Shown: positions 31,184-40,200 of the stretch, in pieces
Layout: each line of letters opens with the position of its first letter
Position numbering within the stretch: the stretch's first letter is position 1
Virus record (IMG/VR): IMGVR_UViG_3300003937_000247
Strand: one strand, 5' to 3'
Length of the DNA stretch: 64,000 bases
Source of the DNA: a virus
Notes under the pieces: model-generated
Seen by the model: the letters and a program-made list of their open reading frames with translations, nothing else
The model's database searches: none
What the model was told of the DNA's origin: nothing
Made by a program: the position numbers and the translations under genes

Positions 31184-32501
31184 TACAATTATGTAAGAGC
31201 TGATTGGCATCCTTATAGTTGTCAAACAGCTCTTGCTGATCCCTGCCAGTTATGTTTAGATTTACATTAAATTTTCTGTTTTGTAGATTTTGAAATTCAG
31301 GTATTTCCATATCAACTTCTAATTTTCTATTCAGATAGTTCCAATATTTTTCAATAACTTCTAAATTTTTTATATCTTTTATTACACCAGGTTTTAATTG
31401 AGTACAACCCCACAATAGGTGATTAGTTATTTCTGGTTCTTTATTATTACCTATGTTAGCAAATATATTATTGCCAGGTAGTTTATCTAAAATATTAATA
31501 AACTGTCCTATTCTAGGATTAAAATCTATTGCAATTAACTTATAGCCTGATATATGAAAGTCAGGACCTGCAAAATTCATCTCTTGTATATTTAATTTAT
31601 CAACAATAGTTTGTAAAAACTTTAATATCTCTCTATGTTTTGTTGGCATAATTTCAACAACAGGAACAGACCAACAACACATATCTCTAGCAATATCACT
31701 TTTTGTACTGTTAGAATGTTGTTGAATAGGATTGTAATTAAAATCTAAAATATCACCATACTTTACTTTAGATTGTCTGGTATAAAATAGTATATCTACT
31801 TTACCGTTCTTTACATAACCCATTGGAGATATTGAAGGCTCTTCACTCCAATAATACCCTTGTGCCATTATTCTACAAGGTGTGTTATTAAAGTTTTCGT
31901 TTTGAATACCTTTTTTGTTTATATCAAAGAAGTCATTATGATAATCTATCTTACTTAAATGATCCAAAAAGTGGTGTTTATTATTCCATCTTCTATACTC
32001 TATTATAGGTGTATTTTGATCTGATTTAGGATAGAAAGAATTACTACCTGTGCCGATATCAGGTTTTGTAAAAAATTCTTTATTGTTGAATATGTTTAGT
32101 TGACTATGAAATGTTGGTGTAACACTTTCAGGTACGTTATGTCCTAAACCAATTGTTCTGCAATAGTCATCTAGTTTTTGTTTGTTACTAAAGATTTCAG
32201 CTGCAAATGGAGTTATGTTATTAATACCATAATAGCTTTCTAGTTGACTTTGTATAGGAAAAAGATTTTCGCTTACAGTTATTACTTTACTGCAAGATGG
32301 AACTTTTTGTGTTATTTCTAAAATATCAAATTTTTTTGATACGATAAGTTTGTCTATGTGTTTTATGAAAGGTTTATAGCGGTCACCTGCCTTATTAGGT
32401 ACCACATCACAAACCAATGTGATGTGGTTATTTAAATTCGCTGTGATATGTCCTTCAGACTTGTTAAGGCTTCTTTTGTGTGATAATATAATTACATTCA
32501 T
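31173..32501 (-). CDS. ATP-grasp family ligase-like protein
   Basis: 'NKQKL...IGL..NVP', 'FTKPDIGTGS', 'IDFNPRIG'. Confidence 0.75.
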   Translation of the reverse strand: MNVIILSHKRSLNKSEGHITANLNNHITLVCDVVPNKAGDRYKPFIKHIDKLIVSKKFDILEITQKVPSCSKVITVSENLFPIQSQLESYYGINNITPFAAEIFSNKQKLDDYCRTIGLGHNVPESVTPTFHSQLNIFNNKEFFTKPDIGTGSNSFYPKSDQNTPIIEYRRWNNKHHFLDHLSKIDYHNDFFDINKKGIQNENFNNTPCRIMAQGYYWSEEPSISPMGYVKNGKVDILFYTRQSKVKYGDILDFNYNPIQQHSNSTKSDIARDMCCWSVPVVEIMPTKHREILKFLQTIVDKLNIQEMNFAGPDFHISGYKLIAIDFNPRIGQFINILDKLPGNNIFANIGNNKEPEITNHLLWGCTQLKPGVIKDIKNLEVIEKYWNYLNRKLEVDMEIPEFQNLQNRKFNVNLNITGRDQQELFDNYKDANQLLHNCITY

Positions 32502-32538
32502 TTTTCATAATATATAGATGTAAAATAACTATAAGATA

Positions 32539-32886
32539 TTATCTCTTAAAGTCACCATTGTCAAATTTATAAGCCCAATTAGGTTCTACTTTCATTGACT
32601 GCTCTTGTACACCTTCGTCTATTGATGGTAATTTTGATCTCTCTCCATCCCATTCTTTAAAGGTTTCTTCATCTGCAAACTCTCTTATGATTATAACACT
32701 TTTGTTATCAACATTTAATTCAGCTTGTTTGACTACTTTATAATTTTCGTCATTAGCAATATGTTGTTTAATAATATCTGTATCAATTTTAGCTGAAGAT
32801 GTTTTGTTAAAAAAATCTTCAACTGAACCGAAAGTTAAGCTCGAGTCAACGTTTGTTAGCTTCCATTTTTTAGTTACTACTGGCAT
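32539..32886 (-). CDS. Hypothetical protein, paralog of 32888-33295
   Basis: GAGGAG RBS before ATG 32886 (MPVVTKKWKL); shares 'F....DFF','DxKxVI..R.F.D....W...R..LP' with neighbour. Confidence 0.65.
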   Translation of the reverse strand: MPVVTKKWKLTNVDSSLTFGSVEDFFNKTSSAKIDTDIIKQHIANDENYKVVKQAELNVDNKSVIIIREFADEETFKEWDGERSKLPSIDEGVQEQSMKVEPNWAYKFDNGDFKR

Positions 32887-32887
32887 T

Positions 32888-33295
32888 TTATTTGTACTCC
32901 TCTTCTTTGTGTCTTTTTTTGCTTTCCCATTGCTCATAGTCCATAATTGGGTATGTGACACCTACATCCCACGAGTCTATGTCTATAAAACTATTGGCAC
33001 CGCCTTCTTCTTCAGAAATATTAAAGTCAACGTTTGGGAGGAACGCTCTATTTTTTTTCCATATTTCATAGCTATTAAAATCTTCAAATCTTCTTAATGT
33101 GATAACTGTTTTTTTATCTGCTAGCAAGAACGAATCTTGTGCCGCTATATTTTTCTCATTATTTTGTTTGTGCGCTTTTATGTCTTCAGGATCTGTCGCT
33201 CCTGTATATGTATTGTCAAAGAAATCTTGTGGGTCCTCAAACGTAGTTTCAGGACTAACAGTATTTAGATATCTCCATTGTGTGTCTATGCTCAT
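32888..33295 (-). CDS. Hypothetical protein, paralog of 32539-32886
   Basis: AAGG RBS; shared motif with neighbour. Confidence 0.65.
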   Translation of the reverse strand: MSIDTQWRYLNTVSPETTFEDPQDFFDNTYTGATDPEDIKAHKQNNEKNIAAQDSFLLADKKTVITLRRFEDFNSYEIWKKNRAFLPNVDFNISEEEGGANSFIDIDSWDVGVTYPIMDYEQWESKKRHKEEEYK

Positions 33296-33318
33296 AATTT
33301 TACCTTGTTTTTACTCTA

Positions 33319-33350
33319 ATAGTATTATTTATGCGTATAAATACTACTAT
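33319..33350. promoter_or_regulatory. Imperfect 32-bp palindrome containing divergent late promoter boxes
   Basis: ATAGTATTATTTATGC|GTATAAATACTACTAT; CATAAATA on minus (33326-33333), TATAAATA on plus (33336-33343). Confidence 0.7.
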
Positions 33351-33684
33351 GGCAGCTGTAGCAAATTATACAATAGAACAAGGCACAACATTCAGTTCAG
33401 CAGTAACAGTTAAAGATAATCAAGGAAACGCATTAGATTTAACTGGTTATACTGCTAGTGCAAAAATGGCCTTGGGGTATAGTTCTACGAGAACGAGGAC
33501 AAGTTTTACCTCGGAATTTGATACTGACAGATCAACAGGTATTATAACTATATCTTTGACTGCAACTCAAACTGCCGCTTTGGACGCACCAGCACGTTAT
33601 GTCTTTGATTTAGATATAACAGCGGGTGATGGAACAGTAACAAGAATAATTGAGGGTCTAATAACGGTTAGACCTAACGTATAA
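33349..33684 (+). CDS. Fibre-attachment / adaptor-type virion protein
   Basis: 'ANYTIEQGTTF...DLTGYTA.AKM...G.ITISLTA.QTA.L..RYVFD...TRIIEG..TV.P', a common phage Ig-like adaptor pattern; start at ATG 33349. Confidence 0.7.
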   Translation: MAAVANYTIEQGTTFSSAVTVKDNQGNALDLTGYTASAKMALGYSSTRTRTSFTSEFDTDRSTGIITISLTATQTAALDAPARYVFDLDITAGDGTVTRIIEGLITVRPNV

Positions 33685-33706
33685 TAATAATAAGGAGAAA
33701 TACAAT

Positions 33707-34009
33707 ATGAGTAGTGAAACAATCAACTCAACAGAAACGACAGCAGCACCAACTGCGCCAGTAGAAGCGTCTTTTACAATTGATGGAAAAGACTATAAAA
33801 GAAGTGATTTGTCACCACAATGCTTTAATAGTATTGTTGTAAGACAGGACTTACAAGCAACTAAAGTAAAATTAACATTAGAATTAGAAAAAGTTGCAAT
33901 TTTACAGGCACATTATGATACTGTCATCGCTAAAGATTTAGGTATTGACTTAGCAAAAAAAGTCAAAGAAGACAAATCTAAAACAAACAGCGACGCTAAT
34001 AAAAAATAG
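33707..34009 (+). CDS. Small coiled-coil protein (possible fibre chaperone)
   Basis: AAGGAG RBS; 'FTIDGKDY..SDLS' followed by heptads. Confidence 0.6.
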   Translation: MSSETINSTETTAAPTAPVEASFTIDGKDYKRSDLSPQCFNSIVVRQDLQATKVKLTLELEKVAILQAHYDTVIAKDLGIDLAKKVKEDKSKTNSDANKK

Positions 34010-34050
34010 TTGACATATTAATTATTGATTGATTTAGATTATCTTATTAT

Positions 34051-34058
34051 TATAAATA
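34051..34058 (+). promoter_or_regulatory. T4-type late promoter TATAAATA
   Basis: Exact consensus before the fibre array. Confidence 0.8.
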
Positions 34059-34087
34059 TTGGTAACACAGTATAATAATAGGTAAAA

Positions 34088-34354
34088 ATGTCAAATAATA
34101 TAACTGCGACTTACAGTACAGGCACGAATACAACTGCTACAATTAATAATACTACAACAGGACCAAGGAATGTTTCTGTAACGGCGCCGTCAGTAGCGAA
34201 ATTAACAAAACTTACAGCTTTAAGTGATGTTAACTCTACAACTTTAGACGATGGTGCTATGCTACAATATGATGATTCATCAAAAAAATTTATAACAAGA
34301 ACTGAAATAAAAACTGAAAGTGGAAATTTAGTACTTAACGGTGGCACATTTTAA
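34088..34354 (+). CDS. Small fibre adaptor protein
   Basis: 'LTALSDV......GAMLQYD..SKKF' fibre repeat; ends LNGGTF. Confidence 0.65.
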   Translation: MSNNITATYSTGTNTTATINNTTTGPRNVSVTAPSVAKLTKLTALSDVNSTTLDDGAMLQYDDSSKKFITRTEIKTESGNLVLNGGTF

Positions 34355-34367
34355 CTAGGGAGATAAA

Positions 34368-36719
34368 ATGGCAACTATAATAAAGATTAGAAGAACCACA
34401 GGTGCTAATGCACCCAGCGGTCTTAACCAAGGGGAATTAGCATACGTTTATGATACATCAAATGCTGACAGCGGTGCTGGCGGTAATGGTGTACGATTAT
34501 TCATTGGTGACCCCACATCAACATCCAATTCTGCAATAGAAATTGGTGGTAGATATTACACACAACTTTTAGACCACGCACACGGAACGCTAACAGCGTC
34601 TTCGGGTATAGTAGTAGATTCAAATAAAGCAATTGATGAATTGTTTATTGGAAATAGTGCTACAGTCGGTGGTACAATTAAATTTAACGAAGGCACAAAT
34701 AATGGTGCCCATTTCATAGCACTTAAATCTCCCAATAGTGTTGCGGCTAGCGTTACATTTACATTACCAGCAACTGATGGATCAGATGGTCACGTATTAC
34801 AAACTGATGGATCAGGTGCATTATCATTTGCAGCTCCAGCGTCAAGTTCATTTACACTTGCTGCTGATAGTGGTTCAAGTGATACATTTACGACAGGTCA
34901 AACATTAACAATTGCTGGTGGTACTGGTATTGGTACAACTGTATCAGACAACAATATTTCAGTTGCTATAGACGCAACAGTTGCTACATTAACTGGTTCT
35001 CAAACACTAACAAACAAAACATTAACAAGTCCAACAATCAATACTGGTACTATTAGTTTAGGTGCAAACCTAACTATGGGTGCATATAGTTTAGTTTTTG
35101 AAGGTTCAACAGCGGATGATTTTGAAACAACATTAACAGTTACAGATCCAACTGCTGATAGAACAATTACTTTACCAAATGCAACAGACACATTAGTAGG
35201 TCTTGCAACAACAGATACACTAACAAACAAAACATTAACAAGTGCTGTATTAAACACAGGCGTTAGTGGTTCAGCAATCAAAGATGAAGACGATTTAACT
35301 TCCAATTCTGCTACACATTTAGCAACACAACAAAGTATTAAAGCATATGTTGACTCACAAGTCACAGCACAAGATTTAGATTTTCAAGGTGACTCTGGTG
35401 GTGCTCTTGCAATTGATTTAGATAGTGAAACATTAACAATCGCTGGTGGTACTGGATTAGATTCAGTTGGTTCTGGAAATTCAATAACATTAAACATAGA
35501 CGCAACAGTTGCTACTCTTACAGGTTCACAAACACTAACAAACAAAACAATTGATAGTGCTAGTAATACATTAACATTAGATTTAGGTGAAGGTACTTTA
35601 ACTGGTACAACTGCTGAATTTAATAGTGCATTACAAGATGGTTCTTTTACTACATTAGCAGGAACTGAAACACTAACAAACAAAACTCTTACTGCACCTA
35701 AAATTGCTGACGATGGATTTATCGCTGACGCAAGTGGTAATGAGCAAATTCTTTTCCAAACAACAGCAAGTGCTGTTAATTATTTAGAAGTTACTAACTC
35801 AGCTGCAGGCAATGGCTTTAAAGTCGGAACTGCAGGCGGTGATACAAACATTGATTTAATACTTGATCCTAAAGGTTCTGGTGTTGTTGATGTTAATTCA
35901 AGTAGAATTACAAACGTTACTGATCCAACAGGTGCCCAAGACGCAGCTACAAAAGCTTATGTTGACGCAACTGCAAACGGATTAGATGTAAAAGATTCTG
36001 CAAAACTTGCTACAACAGCTGCATTATCTGCTTGTACATACAATAACGGTAATGGTACTTTAACTGCTGACGCCAATGGCGCTTTATCAGTTGATGGTGT
36101 TGCCGTAGCAGTAAATGATAGAATATTAGTTAAAAATCAAGCCTCAGCGGTACAAAATGGTCTTTACAAAGTAACAGCAACAGGTAGTGGAGGTGCGGCT
36201 TTCGTACTTACAAGAACTCCTGACGCTGACGCAGCTTCAGAAATTACAGGCGGCGCTTTCGTATTCGTTGAATCAGGTACTGCAAATGCTGACAATGGTT
36301 ATGTATTCACACACGATGGTACTCCAACATTAGGTTCAACTAATATTACAGTTTCACAATTCTCTGGTGCTGGTCAAATTAGTGCTGGTAACGCATTAAC
36401 AAAAACTGGTAACACTTTAGATGTTGCTGTTGATGATAGTACGTTAGAGATATCAAGTGACGCTGTACAGATTAAAACAACCTATCCTGGTCAAACATCA
36501 ATTACAACTTTAGGAACTATTGCAACTGGTACTTGGAATGGTACAGCAATTGGTAATATATATGGTGGTACAGGACAAACAACATACACTACTGGTGATA
36601 TGTTATATGCAAGTGGTTCAAACACTCTTGGTAAACTGGCATTAGGTGCAAGTGGTAAAATTTTACAATCAAACGGTAGTAATATAGCATATGGCGATAT
36701 AGACGGCGGTACTTACTAA
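34368..36719 (+). CDS. Tail/fibre protein (783 aa)
   Basis: 'IKIRR..GA.AP..L.QGELAY' N-terminus; TLTNKT repeats; 'DAATKAYVD', 'DRILVKNQ....QNGLY'; ends IDGGTY. Confidence 0.85.
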   Translation: MATIIKIRRTTGANAPSGLNQGELAYVYDTSNADSGAGGNGVRLFIGDPTSTSNSAIEIGGRYYTQLLDHAHGTLTASSGIVVDSNKAIDELFIGNSATVGGTIKFNEGTNNGAHFIALKSPNSVAASVTFTLPATDGSDGHVLQTDGSGALSFAAPASSSFTLAADSGSSDTFTTGQTLTIAGGTGIGTTVSDNNISVAIDATVATLTGSQTLTNKTLTSPTINTGTISLGANLTMGAYSLVFEGSTADDFETTLTVTDPTADRTITLPNATDTLVGLATTDTLTNKTLTSAVLNTGVSGSAIKDEDDLTSNSATHLATQQSIKAYVDSQVTAQDLDFQGDSGGALAIDLDSETLTIAGGTGLDSVGSGNSITLNIDATVATLTGSQTLTNKTIDSASNTLTLDLGEGTLTGTTAEFNSALQDGSFTTLAGTETLTNKTLTAPKIADDGFIADASGNEQILFQTTASAVNYLEVTNSAAGNGFKVGTAGGDTNIDLILDPKGSGVVDVNSSRITNVTDPTGAQDAATKAYVDATANGLDVKDSAKLATTAALSACTYNNGNGTLTADANGALSVDGVAVAVNDRILVKNQASAVQNGLYKVTATGSGGAAFVLTRTPDADAASEITGGAFVFVESGTANADNGYVFTHDGTPTLGSTNITVSQFSGAGQISAGNALTKTGNTLDVAVDDSTLEISSDAVQIKTTYPGQTSITTLGTIATGTWNGTAIGNIYGGTGQTTYTTGDMLYASGSNTLGKLALGASGKILQSNGSNIAYGDIDGGTY

Positions 36720-36756
36720 TCGTCAAATTAATTAATAAGTTAATGGATTTATAGAG

Positions 36757-37206
36757 ATGGCGACAGTTATTAAATTAAAAACAGGAACATCAGCTCCTAC
36801 AACAAGTGATATAACATCACGTGAGGTAGCAATTGATACTTCCGCACAAAAATTTTATATTAATGATAGTGGGACTATTAAAGAAATAGGTGGTGCAACT
36901 ACCTCTACTTTAACTACTTTATCAGACGTATCTGTTACAGGTATTCAAGCAACACAACATTTACATTATGATGGTTCTGAATGGGTAAATGATTACGATT
37001 TTAATATCGGTAAAAGAATTCCATTTACCAAAGCAGACACTACAGCAACAACAATCGCTCTTGTAAATAACAAAGATATGACAACAATAAATGGATTTTT
37101 AGACCATACGGTTTCTCAATCATATTATCTTCCATTTACATTAGCAGCTGGTTCAGCAGTAACAACAATAAGACCAGGGCATATGCCTACATTGGAAGGA
37201 ATTTAA
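36757..37206 (+). CDS. Small fibre adaptor protein
   Basis: 'MATVIKLK.GT.AP...REVAID' N-terminus; 'LTTLSDV...YDGSEWVN' repeat; two '(I/L)PFT' motifs. Confidence 0.65.
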   Translation: MATVIKLKTGTSAPTTSDITSREVAIDTSAQKFYINDSGTIKEIGGATTSTLTTLSDVSVTGIQATQHLHYDGSEWVNDYDFNIGKRIPFTKADTTATTIALVNNKDMTTINGFLDHTVSQSYYLPFTLAAGSAVTTIRPGHMPTLEGI

Positions 37207-37211
37207 TTTAA

Positions 37212-40200
37212 ATGGCAAGTAAAACACCCATAAGAGCCACACTCTCTGGATCAACTGTAACAGGATTAGCTGAATTTCAATCAGGAGATTTTATACCTTT
37301 ATCTGCTGGTGGTATTGGCGCTTCTTTATCAATTGGTTCTGCAGGACAAGTATTAAAAGTAAACACTGGTGCTAGTGCTTTAGAATTTGGTAGTGTAGAA
37401 GCCATCGTAAATATAGACGGTGCAACAGATTTAGAAAGTGCTACATTAGCAGTAGGCGATAAGATATTATTATCTGATGGTGGTACTGAAGGTAGAGTAT
37501 TACTATCTCAACTAGATACTTTATTTTCTGGTACATCAAAAACTCTTACAAACAAAACTATCAATAGTAATGCAAATACTTTACATATTGATTTAGATGA
37601 TTTAGGTACATTTACAGGTACACTTGCAGAATTTAACGCAGGATTACAAGGAGATAGTTTTGTTTCTTTAACAGGAAGTGAAACACTTACAAATAAAACT
37701 TTAACAACACCAACTTTAACAAGTCCTGTTTTAAACACAGGCGTTAGTGGTTCGGCAGTTAAAGATGAAGATAATATGGCAAGTGACTCTGCTACTCACT
37801 TGGCAACACAACAAAGTATTAAAAAATATGTTGATGATTCAATATTAACAAAAGATAATACAGACGAAATTACTGAAGGTTCTACAAACCTTTATTATAC
37901 AAACGCAAGAGCAGACGCTAGAATTACAAATGCTCTTAAAGATGAAGACAATATGGCGTCTGATAGTGCTACTCACGTACCATCGCAACAATCAGTTAAG
38001 GCATATGTTGACGCTACTGTTACAGCAGAAGATTTAGATATTACAACTGATAGTGGTACAATTGCAATTGATTTAGATTCAGAAACATTAACAGTTACAG
38101 GCGGTACTGGATTAGATTCAAGTGCAACTGGTAATGCTGTCACACTTGCTATTGATAGTACGGTTACAACATTAACAGGTTCACAAACATTAACAAACAA
38201 AACTTTAACAAGTGCTGTATTAAATACAGGAGTTTCAGGAAGTGCTATATTAGATGAAGATAATATGGCGACTAATTCTGCTACTCAATTAGCAACACAA
38301 CAAAGTATTAAAGCATATGTTGACGCATTATCACAAGCGTTTACTATTGCTGCTGATAGTGGTTCAAACGATACAGTAACCGTTGGTACAGATACTTTAA
38401 CATTCGCTGGTGGTACAGGTATTGATACAACTGTTTCTAACAATCAGATTTCAAGTGCTATAGACGCAACAGTTGCTACATTAGCAGGTTCACAAACATT
38501 AACGAATAAAACTTTAACAACTCCTGTAATCGCTGAAATAGACGCAACTGGCAACTTTGATATTGACGCTGTTGCTAATGTTAATATAGACTCTGGTAGT
38601 AATATTATATCATTTAGTACAGGTGGTACAGGATTCTTACAACTTCAGAACGATTCAGGAAGTACATGGATTAGAAATACTGGACAAGACAATGATATAA
38701 AATTTGTAGGTAATGATGGTGGAGGAACCATTACAGCTTTAACTATAGATATGTCAGACGGTGGTCACGCAATATTTAATAATGACATTACCGTACCACT
38801 TAATATCTATACTGACGGAAATCTTAATGTAAGAGTAGATAATAAGAAAATAAGAATTGGTGCAGGTGAAGATTTACAACTTTACCACGATGGAACAAAT
38901 TCATATATTACAAATGACCAAGGTGCTTTAAAAATTGCAACAGAAACTTCTGGTATTGCAATTACATTAGGACATGGAACTTCAGAAGTTACAGTTGCTG
39001 ATAATTTAACAGTTGGTGGCAATACTACCATTACAGGAAATTTAAATGTAAATGGTACAACTACAACACTTGCTACAACTAACTCAATAATAGCAGATAC
39101 ACTTATAGAATTAGGTAATGGAGTATCAGGTACTCCTGGTAATGATTCTGGTATCGTAATTGAGAGAGGTGATTTAAATAACGCATTTATAGGATTTGAT
39201 GAGAGTGCTGACAAATTTATCGTTGGTACTGGAACATTTACTGGTGCAAGTACAGGAAATTTAACAATTACAACTGGCACATTGGTTGCAAACGTTGAAG
39301 GTAATGTAACTGGTAACGTAACAGGAAATGCTGACACAGCAACTGCATTAGCAAATGCTAGAACAATTGGTGGAGTATCATTTGATGGTAGTGCCAATAT
39401 TAGTTTACCTGGTGTTAATAGTGCAGGTAATCAGAATACAACAGGATCAGCTGCAACTCTAACAACTGCTAGAACAATTGGTGGAGTATCATTTGATGGT
39501 AGTGCAGCTATTAATTTACCTGGTGTTAATGCCTCAGGTTCACAAGACACATCTGGTAACGCTGCTACGGCAACTAAACTAGCAACTGCTAGAGCAATTG
39601 CTGGTCAAAATTTTGATGGTACTGCAGCTATAACAATTGCGTCAACTGATTTATCTAATACAGCTGCAATCACATTATTAACTGCAAGTCAAACTTTAAC
39701 TAATAAAACATTAACAAGTCCTGTTTTAAATACAGGTGTTTCTGGTAGTGCTATATTAGATGAAGACGCTATGGGTTCAAATAGTGCAACCCAATTAGCA
39801 ACACAACAATCCATTAAAGCATATGTTGACGCTAAAGTTACAGCTGAAGATTTAGACATAACTACAGATTCTGGAACAATCGCAATAGATTTAGATAGTG
39901 AAACTTTAACAGTTACAGGCGGTACTGGATTAGATTCAAGTGCTACAGGCAATGCTGTTACACTTGCTATTGATAGTACAGTTGCAACTTTAACAGGTTC
40001 TCAAACCCTTACGAATAAAACTTTAACTGCTCCAGTTATTGCTACAATTTCAAATACTGGAACATTAACTTTACCTACTTCTACAGATACACTAGTTGGT
40101 AGAGCTACAACAGATACTTTAACAAATAAAACTTTAACAGCACCAAATCTTTCAGGTGTACAAATAACAGACGGCTCACTTGTATTTGAAGGTGCAACCG

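Noticed and set aside
12483-33295. Complete aminoglycoside or RiPP biosynthetic cluster
   Set aside because: Only family-level similarity; no 2-deoxy-scyllo-inosose synthase, recognisable precursor peptide, peptidase or exporter seen.
12483-33295. Island as host contamination, prophage junction or transposon
   Set aside because: It has phage late boxes and the same CATG avoidance as the core genes; no integrase, transposase or terminal repeats seen.
34010-34015. TTGACA as a sigma70 -35 box
   Set aside because: No convincing -10 at 16-18 bp spacing; the late box at 34051 explains expression.
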